Virus record (IMG/VR): IMGVR_UViG_3300011113_000415
DNA: 64,000 nt
Direction: 5' to 3' (one strand)
DNA from: a virus
Lineage: Duplodnaviria; Caudoviricetes
Position numbers and translations under genes: made by a program. This document shows, piece by piece, positions 36,610 through 45,245 of the stretch. The notes under the pieces are model-generated. The model saw nothing but the letters and a program-made list of their open reading frames with translations. It did no database searches and was not told where the DNA came from. Numbering within the stretch: position 1 is the stretch's first letter; the number at the start of each line of letters is the position of its first letter.

Positions 36610-38621
36610 AAATACGTGACGTACTATTAGAATTCGCGCCTGGTGGTGGCGGTGACTCAGGTGATTACTTACGAGCCTTGGCTAGTGCCTGGTACAACGG
36701 CACATTTGATTCTGGTAGCCTGCAAAAAGGCATCAAGAGTCAACAAGATGTAGAACGCTTGTTGAATCGCGGCATTGTGTGTCCCGATGGTAAAACACGC
36801 AAACTACACATTGATTACAACTCAGACTTTGATGGTGTGGAAATCTACAGTGATGACTACTATGAACACGGTGACCTAGATGGCAATGACGGTCGCACAG
36901 GACAGCCCTGGGGACCATATGACCACATGGAGTTCAAAGACGAAGAACTAGACGAAGGTGTGGCGGAGGATACAGGTGATCAAAAGTTTGACTCAATGAT
37001 GAGCAGAATGACTGCCGAGCCAAAATATCCTGATCAGGACATGCCACCAACTAGTATTGCTGAATTGATACAATGGGCAGATAGGAACAATAAACCGTAC
37101 CATGAGTATTTTGCTCAATGGGCTAGAAGAAATGGATTTAAAAATGTAAATGATGCACTGGTATGGTTTGGTGACAATGTTGATCCATCTAATCCATGGG
37201 GACCAAAAGACTTTTTAGATCCTTTTGGCCGGCCCGCGGCAGAAGAACTAGAAGATGCTGCCAAGCACGATCCCAAGGCAGCAGAACTAATGAAGGTTTT
37301 TAGATGCTATGAAGAAATTGTATTTGATTGGCCCGATGAGTATCGTCAGATGAATATGCCAGCCTCAAGAAAAGGAACAGATGAAGGTGTGACGGAAGGC
37401 TTAGATCCTTACCGACTGGAACGCCTAGATCCACAGACACGCAGAGTGCTGACTCGCATGACCAAACACGCCGAACCCGGATCATGGCTCAGTGCCGCGG
37501 AGTCATATGCTATGCAACTGGGCCTAGAACAAAAAAATGAGAATCCACGAGCCTGGGAGCAAGAAGTTCAGTATTTTGTCGACCTTTACCGTCAATACAG
37601 TGGGCAAGGCGTGGCGGAAGGCTCCTTGAACGAATTTGCACCCGATAGCAACGACAGTGGTGAAGAAGATGCCTTACACCAGTACGCCAGAATGTGGTGG
37701 GCCGGAGATGAAGCCACACAAATGCAAATTGAACGTGCTCTAGCAAAAATGGGCTGGGAAATTGGTGAGGACGAAGGCAGTTACGACAACGGCGGTGTGT
37801 TTGTGGTACGTGCTGGCGACGTCAACGGCAATAGTTACATTTCATGGCCCGCAGAAGAACTAACAGAAGGCTCGGATCCCTGGGGTTCCCAAGGACGCTA
37901 CGTAGGCGACACAGGACCTGCACAAATATCTACCGCAGTCAAGAGAACCTCATTGAAACCAGGTGATCAAGTCATATACAAACCCACTGAACAACGTGCT
38001 CGTATAGAATCCCTGAGCCGAGACAGCACTCAAGCACGAATTCACATAGCAACTCCCATGGGTGGCCGGATTTTTAACTGCCAAACATCTGACCTAAAAC
38101 AACTGGCCAACGAGACTGAAATTGACCGACTGAAAAATCTTGCTGGTATCAAAGAAAGTCATGACCTTTGCAATGTTTGCGGACAAACACCTTGCAACTG
38201 CACACATTTGTCAGAAGAGTTTGATTTGATAGAATCAATTGTGGAGAAGATTGCTGTCCACAACGGAGTGGACGCAGACATGATCTGGGAAGATTTAGAA
38301 AGTCTCAGCGATGATGAATTGTATGTGTTTGCTGTGACCAGCGAACCCATAATGGAAGACTGGCAAAAGGTCAACAAACAGGATCGTACCTCGGGCATGA
38401 GTCGCAAGGCTGTAAAAGCCTATCGCAGAGAGCATCCAGGATCAAAACTAAAAACTGCTGTGACCACCAAGCCTTCAAAACTCAAGCGTGGTTCGAAGGC
38501 CAGCAAGCGACGCAAAAGTTATTGCAGTCGCAGTCGTGGACAAATGAAAATGCACAACATATCTTGTGCCAAAACTCCTGACAAGGCCATTTGCAAGGCC
38601 CGACGTCGTTGGAACTGTTGA
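36606..38621 (+). CDS. Modular head-type polyprotein (cassettes separated by GV[AT]E linkers; basic Cys-containing C-terminal module)
   Basis: N-term MKIRDVLLE; EGVAED, EGVTEG, QGVAEG, ELTEG linkers. Confidence 0.75.
   Translation: MKIRDVLLEFAPGGGGDSGDYLRALASAWYNGTFDSGSLQKGIKSQQDVERLLNRGIVCPDGKTRKLHIDYNSDFDGVEIYSDDYYEHGDLDGNDGRTGQPWGPYDHMEFKDEELDEGVAEDTGDQKFDSMMSRMTAEPKYPDQDMPPTSIAELIQWADRNNKPYHEYFAQWARRNGFKNVNDALVWFGDNVDPSNPWGPKDFLDPFGRPAAEELEDAAKHDPKAAELMKVFRCYEEIVFDWPDEYRQMNMPASRKGTDEGVTEGLDPYRLERLDPQTRRVLTRMTKHAEPGSWLSAAESYAMQLGLEQKNENPRAWEQEVQYFVDLYRQYSGQGVAEGSLNEFAPDSNDSGEEDALHQYARMWWAGDEATQMQIERALAKMGWEIGEDEGSYDNGGVFVVRAGDVNGNSYISWPAEELTEGSDPWGSQGRYVGDTGPAQISTAVKRTSLKPGDQVIYKPTEQRARIESLSRDSTQARIHIATPMGGRIFNCQTSDLKQLANETEIDRLKNLAGIKESHDLCNVCGQTPCNCTHLSEEFDLIESIVEKIAVHNGVDADMIWEDLESLSDDELYVFAVTSEPIMEDWQKVNKQDRTSGMSRKAVKAYRREHPGSKLKTAVTTKPSKLKRGSKASKRRKSYCSRSRGQMKMHNISCAKTPDKAICKARRRWNC
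36954..37622 (+). repeat. Three dispersed 18-bp in-frame linker repeats (36954, 37383, 37605)
   Basis: GAAGGTGTGGCGGAGGAT / GAAGGTGTGACGGAAGGC / CAAGGCGTGGCGGAAGGC. Confidence 0.8.
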
Positions 38622-38623
38622 CC

Positions 38624-39052
38624 ATGAGACAGTTGATCAATCTAGTAGAAGCAGTGGAAAAGGGCTGTCCCGTTGCCACACACGATATCACACTGAATCT
38701 CAAGAATCGACAAAAGGCCATTGACGACTATCACTACGGCCCAGCCAATCCTTTAGAACCCGGAGACTATTGGAAGCAGGCCGCCCGTCGTTGGCACGTA
38801 AGTGAAAAAATTATAAAAACAATGAAATGTGGAAATTGCGCGGCTTTTGATGCCAGTGACAGCATGCGTGAGTGTATTTCGGCGGGCATTAAAGGTGATG
38901 ACAAGAACATTGATTCAGCGGCTACTATAAATCTCAGTGACCTTGGCTATTGTAATTTTTTACACTTTAAATGTGCAGGTTCAAGATCTTGTTCGGCTTT
39001 TGTAGTTGGTGGACCTATCACTGAAAAAGATAAAGGTAAAAAGGCCAACTAA
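38624..39052 (+). CDS. Cys-rich protein with capsid-targeting-like N-terminus
   Basis: MRQLINLVEA; CGNC, YC, KCAGSRSC. Confidence 0.75.
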   Translation: MRQLINLVEAVEKGCPVATHDITLNLKNRQKAIDDYHYGPANPLEPGDYWKQAARRWHVSEKIIKTMKCGNCAAFDASDSMRECISAGIKGDDKNIDSAATINLSDLGYCNFLHFKCAGSRSCSAFVVGGPITEKDKGKKAN

Positions 39053-39808
39053 ATGATTGCTAGAGACATTGTGGAATCTAGTGGCTACAGTTTGGCAGGC
39101 AGTTACACGCCTGATCTAGTGTTCAGCAAACTGTGGCTGGCCCGTGAATTAAAACACATATTGCAACAACAGGGTATTGATTCAGTACCAGTTGCTTATA
39201 TTTTGGGTTCATGGTACAGCAATCTCAGCACAATTCTACGCAAGACAGGTGTGCCCTTAGACAAAATTGTGGATGTAGAGCGCCGGAAGGAATGGTTAAA
39301 GACAGGCCAGCAATTACAACAAGACATGAACATCACAGGTGTAGAACAAATGCAGGCCGATGCTAACGAAATAGATTATAGACAACTTCAACAGCCCGGC
39401 ATAGTAATCAATACTTCAACCAATGATATTCCTGATCACGGATGGTTTGATAATATACCGTCTGGCACCATTGTGGCACTACAAGGACGTGATCATGTGC
39501 TACCCGGTGCTGAACACACATATAATTCGCCCAACGATCTATTACAAATGTATCCCTTGGAAACTGTGCTGTATTCAGGCACCTGGAACCTAGAAGATCC
39601 AGAAACTGAGTATCAGCGTAGCATGGCAATAGGTATCAAGGGTGCAAATCAATTGCGAGAACTACAGTTCCTGGGTTCAACCTGCACCAAGGACTGCTCG
39701 GGGCATCGTGCTGGCTACAACTGGTCCAAGCGCAAAGGCCTAGTTCACGCCGCATCCTGGAGTCCCAGTTTCAACAAAGGTGCCGCCTTGGCAGTGGCCG
39801 GCAAGTAA
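39053..39808 (+). CDS. Rossmann/methyltransferase-like protein plus small C-terminal Cys module
   Basis: MIARDIVE; YILGSWYS...VDVE...DAN...INTS; tail FLGSTCTKDCSGHRAGY. Confidence 0.5.
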   Translation: MIARDIVESSGYSLAGSYTPDLVFSKLWLARELKHILQQQGIDSVPVAYILGSWYSNLSTILRKTGVPLDKIVDVERRKEWLKTGQQLQQDMNITGVEQMQADANEIDYRQLQQPGIVINTSTNDIPDHGWFDNIPSGTIVALQGRDHVLPGAEHTYNSPNDLLQMYPLETVLYSGTWNLEDPETEYQRSMAIGIKGANQLRELQFLGSTCTKDCSGHRAGYNWSKRKGLVHAASWSPSFNKGAALAVAGK

Positions 39809-40534
39809 TCACAGTCGGGTGTAAACAAAATACAATCTTTCATTGGCTTCACGTTTAAATGTATTCAATTGTAATTTATATCGTTCAGCAAATTCATTTG
39901 CTACTTCAAATGTCCAAGGAAAAATATCCACGTACGGTCCAGTTCTGTGCGGAATACCTGGATTGGCTCGTAGATAAAAGCGCCCACCTACCCGAAGCAA
40001 ATTTACACAGTGAGCAAAACGTTGTTCTATTTCATCTCGTGAATTAAAGTTGATTGAGCCCAAGGCCATGATTACATCGTACTGGTGGTTTACTCTATAT
40101 TCCAAAATATCAACTTCATAATCTGCGCAGTTATTGTACGGGTCAATTCCTACCAAATTCTGTATGCGTCCTTTGAAAGGATGATAGCCACAGCCCACGT
40201 CCAACACCCGTTCAGGATTTAATCGATTGATTTCATCCGCCAATTCCCAACCAGTGTGTTCATAGTCGCCAGTGCGCGGCTTCCATATTTCTGAAAAGAA
40301 ACGCAAGATATAGCGTTCACTCAGATCATCGGTGATTTCTCGTAATGTACCCACATAATCACAGGGCAAACTGAGTTCTGCGTCTATAGCGTCTCGGAAC
40401 TTTCTATAACGTGCCGGAGTCCAAGGTAAGTCTTGTACCTGGGTATCAGCGCCGATAGAAATATTTGCATACTTAGGTAAATTAAACGCAGATTGCAAAT
40501 TTTTTTGTAAAAGGTTAAAAATTTTTAAATTCAT
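39809..40534 (-). CDS. Class I SAM-dependent methyltransferase
   Basis: VLDVGCG, GIDP, YDVIMALGSIN; minus-strand TAAATA 40571-40576. Confidence 0.85.
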   Translation of the reverse strand: MNLKIFNLLQKNLQSAFNLPKYANISIGADTQVQDLPWTPARYRKFRDAIDAELSLPCDYVGTLREITDDLSERYILRFFSEIWKPRTGDYEHTGWELADEINRLNPERVLDVGCGYHPFKGRIQNLVGIDPYNNCADYEVDILEYRVNHQYDVIMALGSINFNSRDEIEQRFAHCVNLLRVGGRFYLRANPGIPHRTGPYVDIFPWTFEVANEFAERYKLQLNTFKREANERLYFVYTRL

Positions 40535-40586
40535 AGAAATTTTTGGTAAATAAAGTTGATTTTCAAATACTATTTAAGGAGTTTCT

Positions 40587-41564
40587 ATGTCAATCAAAAA
40601 ATTTATAATCGCCGCACTACTAGTGCCTGTACTGGCTTTTGCCTGGGAGCCTGTCAAGCCAGTCACAGTTATTATTGGCAACACACCCGGCGCTGGAAAT
40701 GAAATGGCCTTTAGAAAACTGGCCGAAATTGTACAAAAGCGAAATCCCAACTTTGTTTATGTTGTGCAAAACATTCCTGGTGCAGATTCAGTTATTGCCA
40801 ACAATAAATTTTTGGAAGCGCCCAATGACGGATATACTATCAACTTGCCCAGCCACATGAGCAGTTATGTCACAAATGATATCTGGGAAAAGAATTTAAA
40901 GAAGTACAATTATGACAGTTTTGTAGACGTGCTGACCATGGGCAAAAGTCCACTGGTCTTGGTTGCATCAGTAAAGAGTGGAATTGAAACCCCACAAGAC
41001 TTTGTGAAGTATATACAATCTGGAAGAAACATCAATATAGCCATTGGTGGTGGCGCACATCGCACAGCATTTGAATATTTGATGGAAAAAGGCCGGGGCA
41101 ATCGAGACGCTGTTCGTTCGATCAAATTCAATGGTCCTGTGCCTGCGCTACAAAGTGTTGGACAGTGGGATGGACGAACTGGAACTGAATTTGGTATCAT
41201 GCCTATCGCTGTGGCCAAAGCATTGATTGATGCAGGCAAAGTAAAACCCATTGGATTTACAGGCACTAGGAAAATGGCACAATTCCCAAATGTACCGCTA
41301 TTAAACACAGTTGCTCCGGGCATCAATGTGTATGCGGCTTGGTCAATCGAATTGCCGCCAGGAACTAACAAGGACATTGTAGAATGGTATCAACGTGAAT
41401 TTTCAACTGCAATTCGTTCAGCCGAATATAGAGAATACACAGATGCCAATGTTATATTCTACTCTGAAGATGAACTCACACCAGCAGGTCTTAAAAAGCA
41501 CATGGATGAATTACGTGCGTCATTTATTCCTGTGCTGAGTCGAATTGATTTAAGTAAAGAATGA
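40587..41564 (+). CDS. Tripartite tricarboxylate transporter substrate-binding protein (TctC/Bug family)
   Basis: Signal peptide; PVTVIIG..PG......R.LA...VVQNIPGA...APNDGYT. Confidence 0.85.
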   Translation: MSIKKFIIAALLVPVLAFAWEPVKPVTVIIGNTPGAGNEMAFRKLAEIVQKRNPNFVYVVQNIPGADSVIANNKFLEAPNDGYTINLPSHMSSYVTNDIWEKNLKKYNYDSFVDVLTMGKSPLVLVASVKSGIETPQDFVKYIQSGRNINIAIGGGAHRTAFEYLMEKGRGNRDAVRSIKFNGPVPALQSVGQWDGRTGTEFGIMPIAVAKALIDAGKVKPIGFTGTRKMAQFPNVPLLNTVAPGINVYAAWSIELPPGTNKDIVEWYQREFSTAIRSAEYREYTDANVIFYSEDELTPAGLKKHMDELRASFIPVLSRIDLSKE

Positions 41565-42181
41565 AATATATCTTTGTGGCCGGCGCACCAGGCTCTAAAT
41601 GGTCGAGTGTAGTTAAAAATATCTATTATTCACCAGATATTGACAGATCTGATTATTCAGATGCACGTACCTATTATCACGATGCGTCAGGAAAATACGA
41701 CTTGATGCATCTGGGTGCATATTTTGACCCTGGAATGGAATTTGGCAATTTCTTTGATCAATTGGATCAGTACACAAAAGAACAATGTGAAACAGAATTT
41801 GATAGACCATTTTTGGGCACAGGTATACGCATTTTAAAAAGTCACGTGTTTGCCAATCATATTGATTATATCAAACAGACCTGGCCCGATTGTCCTATAG
41901 TGCTAGTGCATCGTGACGATGACGCTTGTTTGGGCTGGTGGGTCAAGTGCGGACATTTTGACATCACATATCCATTGTATCACGATTATTATCAAAACCT
42001 ACGAACCATGGCCGGTATAATTCGAGATCAAAATGAAGGTATACAACAGGCCGCATGGGATTATCCACGCAGACAGCCTCAGACCAATCGCGAATTGGCC
42101 AGGATTTTGGCCATTGCAGAACCGCCTGAGGGCTACGAACAACACTATATACAACACAACATTCGAGTGAGAGTAATATGA
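41561..42181 (+). CDS. P-loop/sulfotransferase-like protein
   Basis: YIFVAGAPGSKWS; LKSH; IVLVHRD. Confidence 0.5.
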   Translation: MKYIFVAGAPGSKWSSVVKNIYYSPDIDRSDYSDARTYYHDASGKYDLMHLGAYFDPGMEFGNFFDQLDQYTKEQCETEFDRPFLGTGIRILKSHVFANHIDYIKQTWPDCPIVLVHRDDDACLGWWVKCGHFDITYPLYHDYYQNLRTMAGIIRDQNEGIQQAAWDYPRRQPQTNRELARILAIAEPPEGYEQHYIQHNIRVRVI

Positions 42182-42828
42182 ATTCCAGTTGGGACATCAG
42201 CCGAGCATTAAGTACCTATCATTTTGATAGCCAAATCATTGATCAACCCCAAGATGTTGTACACTATTTGGGTCGCATCGAACCCACGTGGCTGGCAGAT
42301 CTTGAGGATATTGTGGCCAATTCCAGGCCTGCAACCTGGGCCACACGTGGTTACAAAGGCGAAGGCATTGAAGCACCGTCAGAAGAACTAGAACGAGAAC
42401 TGTATGATTTGACACGACACGGCATGAGTACAGATTTGCCAATCACACACCTAAACTGGCGCATACCCGAAAGTCTGCAACGCATCAGCGACGCATTTGC
42501 CTTGGATTCTTGCATGGATCGCATACATGTTCAGCGTCCCGGAGAAGTGTGGAATAGACACATTGACAAATTGGCCAAGTGGGCGCCAGATCATCCTGAC
42601 ACTGTCATGCGAATCATGATACAACTCACAGACTGGCAGCCAGGGCAGTTTTGGGAATACGGCAATTATCACTACAATCACTGGCGTGCCGGAGATGTCA
42701 CAACATTTGACTGGGCCAACATTCCGCACTGCACAGCCAATGCTGGACATCATGCCAGAGTCACACTTCAATTGACCGGAATTAAAACAGCCGCTACCAT
42801 GGATTATCTAGCACAATTGCCGCTATGA
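42178..42828 (+). CDS. 2OG-Fe(II) oxygenase-like (double-stranded beta-helix) protein
   Basis: HxD (RHID), distal H (PHCTAN), RVTLQLT. Confidence 0.7.
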   Translation: MNSSWDISRALSTYHFDSQIIDQPQDVVHYLGRIEPTWLADLEDIVANSRPATWATRGYKGEGIEAPSEELERELYDLTRHGMSTDLPITHLNWRIPESLQRISDAFALDSCMDRIHVQRPGEVWNRHIDKLAKWAPDHPDTVMRIMIQLTDWQPGQFWEYGNYHYNHWRAGDVTTFDWANIPHCTANAGHHARVTLQLTGIKTAATMDYLAQLPL

Positions 42829-43448
42829 AGACTTTGTTGATCATGACAGGGCCGCAAGGTTCGGGCAATCACATGTGGTCAAAAATCTTTGCCTTGCATC
42901 CTGAAGTTCACGGCTGGCGGGCCCTGCTGGATCAATATTGGATAGGTCACGACCAAGAACCTTTTGCCAAGTACTGGGCCAATCCTGATTTATTAGAGAG
43001 TTTTGAATGGCAACACCGCTACTATGTGACGTCTATCAGTGTGCCTTACATGAACAATGGCACTGCAACCAAGCCCAACATTGTGCGTTTTGCCGCCTGC
43101 GCCATGGGAGCAGGATTGCGAGTCAAGATTGCTATCTTGGGACGTGATCGCAATATTGTCGATTATCAACAAATACGGGTGCGCGGAGCCAGCACACATG
43201 AACAGGCCTTGGCTGAATATCAAAAGTTGACATCTTGGCAACCCACATATTTGAGTTATGAATTGTTGTACATGTATGGCAGTGACTATTTGCGTCGATT
43301 GAGTGATCAATTAGAATTTCCAATTGCCTACAATGATCCCAGACTAAAAGAAATCATGGCCGAGGACACAAACAGTAAATATTTTACGGCTATTGATTAT
43401 CACCCTACAGATGATTTAGCACGCTACGCTTCAAGGAAACACCGATGA
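42825..43448 (+). CDS. P-loop/sulfotransferase-like protein
   Basis: MTGPQGSGNHMWSKIF; GRDRN; YLSYELL. Confidence 0.55.
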   Translation: MKTLLIMTGPQGSGNHMWSKIFALHPEVHGWRALLDQYWIGHDQEPFAKYWANPDLLESFEWQHRYYVTSISVPYMNNGTATKPNIVRFAACAMGAGLRVKIAILGRDRNIVDYQQIRVRGASTHEQALAEYQKLTSWQPTYLSYELLYMYGSDYLRRLSDQLEFPIAYNDPRLKEIMAEDTNSKYFTAIDYHPTDDLARYASRKHR

Positions 43449-44287
43449 AAACCACCCGACGCATATTGATAATGGGCCTGCCAGGAGCAGGCAAAACTTA
43501 CTTTGCCGAACGACTAAAAAAATATTTAGAAGATCATATCAAACCCATAAATGAACACAGTCTGCGACCCATTGCAGATGCACAAGTCTCTGTGACCTGG
43601 TTCAATGCTGATGACATACGCAAAAAGTACAATGACTGGGATTTTTCACACGAAGGTCGCATACGTCAAAGTATCCGCATGCGAGACCTGGCGGATGAGT
43701 CTGGTTCTGATTATGCCATTGTGGACTTTGTGGCACCGCTAGTGGAAATGCGCAACAATTTCAAAGCCGACTGGACCATCTGGATTGACACTATAGAAAA
43801 AGGTCGCTTTGAAGACACAAATAAGATATTTGTGCCACCCGAAGTTTATGATTTCCGCATTACAGAACAGGCCGCAGAAAAATGGTCAGAATTTGTAGGC
43901 GAGCATATTGTGGAAAATAGACGAAGACCCGTTTTTGACTGGCAAAAGGAAACTGTGCAGATGCTGGGCCGCTGGCAACCTTGGCATCAAGGACATCGTG
44001 CCTTGTTTGAACGTGCTATTGCCAAGACCGGACAGGTTGTGATACAAATACGTGACTGTCAGGGCTGGCAAGGAACCAATCCCTTTGCCATAGAACAAGT
44101 TAAATATTTCATACAGCGGGACCTAGATCCTGTATATCAAGGACAGTATGAAATTCAAGTTGTTCCTAATATTGTTAATATCACTTACGGTCGCGATGTC
44201 GGTTATCGTATCGAACAAGAGTCCTTTGATGAACAGACTACCAATATCTCAGCGACCAAGATAAGAAAGGCCATGGGCCTTGAATAA
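43445..44287 (+). CDS. Adenylylsulfate-kinase-like domain fused to HIGH-family nucleotidyltransferase
   Basis: GLPGAGKT, ADDIR, DFSHEGR, VDFVAP, FVPP; C-terminal GRWQPWHQGH...ISATKIR. Confidence 0.8.
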   Translation: MKTTRRILIMGLPGAGKTYFAERLKKYLEDHIKPINEHSLRPIADAQVSVTWFNADDIRKKYNDWDFSHEGRIRQSIRMRDLADESGSDYAIVDFVAPLVEMRNNFKADWTIWIDTIEKGRFEDTNKIFVPPEVYDFRITEQAAEKWSEFVGEHIVENRRRPVFDWQKETVQMLGRWQPWHQGHRALFERAIAKTGQVVIQIRDCQGWQGTNPFAIEQVKYFIQRDLDPVYQGQYEIQVVPNIVNITYGRDVGYRIEQESFDEQTTNISATKIRKAMGLE

Positions 44288-44504
44288 GTACCACGTGAGA
44301 TTCAATACCAAGCACAATGGTTCTGAACTAGTATGGCGTGTGTTTGAAAATGGTATTGAACACCTAGCCAAAGATGTAAGATTGGTGGGCGAAACCTTTA
44401 CAGAATGCACACACGAACATGGCGAAACCAAATGGAATATCGCCTGTGCGGGCCGTTTAATATGGGTAGATAACGTAGCGGTAATTGTGACCGGCAAGGA
44501 CTAG
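44280..44504 (+). CDS. Hypothetical protein
   Basis: 74 aa, operon end. Confidence 0.6.
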   Translation: MNKYHVRFNTKHNGSELVWRVFENGIEHLAKDVRLVGETFTECTHEHGETKWNIACAGRLIWVDNVAVIVTGKD

Positions 44505-44541
44505 CCAACCCACGAGACCCTGACTGCAACTAAATAGTTGA

Positions 44542-44985
44542 ATGTGGATCTTACACTTTCTTCCTGATTCAGTTATTGTATGGTTTTGCAATATCCTGCT
44601 CCTAGCGGGCATTGTGGCCACTATTGCAGGTTTTTTTGCACATCGCATTCCTGGACTTTGGCAGTATCAACTAGCATTCAAAATAGGTGGCATTTTGCTG
44701 TTGGTCTTGGGTGTTTATTTCCGTGGCGGATTGGCCGTGGAACAGGAATGGCGCGAGCGTGTGGCCGAAGTTGAAAAACGATTGCAAGTGGCCGAAGCAC
44801 AGGCTGCCGAAGCCAATCAACAAATAGAAAACAAAACACAACAACGAGTCACACAAATTCGTCAGCGCATGACCTACATCAAACAGTATGTGGATCGAGA
44901 AGTTGTACGATACAACGATCAATGCCAGATTCCTCAGGCATTTGTTCGTGCTCACAATCAAGCCGCGGAAGCACCTGCCAAATGA
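44542..44985 (+). CDS. Putative inner-membrane spanin (Rz-like)
   Basis: TM helices then coiled coil, C-terminal Cys; TAAATA 44531-44536; followed by a lipoprotein. Confidence 0.7.
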   Translation: MWILHFLPDSVIVWFCNILLLAGIVATIAGFFAHRIPGLWQYQLAFKIGGILLLVLGVYFRGGLAVEQEWRERVAEVEKRLQVAEAQAAEANQQIENKTQQRVTQIRQRMTYIKQYVDREVVRYNDQCQIPQAFVRAHNQAAEAPAK

Positions 44986-45245
44986 AATATGTTTTGCTTG
45001 CTCTAGTGTTGTCGGGCTGTAGCACAGTGGTTCCTGTCACAGCCAAATGGCCTGATCCTCCAGGCAAAGGCGCAATGACAGCATGTCCTCATTTGCAAAA
45101 ATTAACAGATGGCGCAAAATTAAGTGATGTTGCAAACACAGTGTCGGTAAACTATAACACCTATTATGAGTGTGCAGTCAAAGCAGATGCCTGGCAGGAG
45201 TGGTATCAAGTTCAAAAGCACATATTTGAAGGTGCTGGTCGATGA
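44982..45245 (+). CDS. Putative outer-membrane lipoprotein spanin (Rz1-like)
   Basis: MKYVLLALVLSGC lipobox; Pro-rich; ATGA overlap. Confidence 0.75.
   Translation: MKYVLLALVLSGCSTVVPVTAKWPDPPGKGAMTACPHLQKLTDGAKLSDVANTVSVNYNTYYECAVKADAWQEWYQVQKHIFEGAGR

Noticed and set aside
36954-37622. Linker GGTGTGGCGG as a Chi site
   Set aside because: Does not match E. coli Chi (GCTGGTGG); host Chi unknown; in-frame placement at domain borders is better explained by a linker role.
39809-40534. Acyl-carrier domain at the methyltransferase N-terminus
   Set aside because: Size and spacing are suggestive, but the DSL serine motif is absent (PWTPARY instead).
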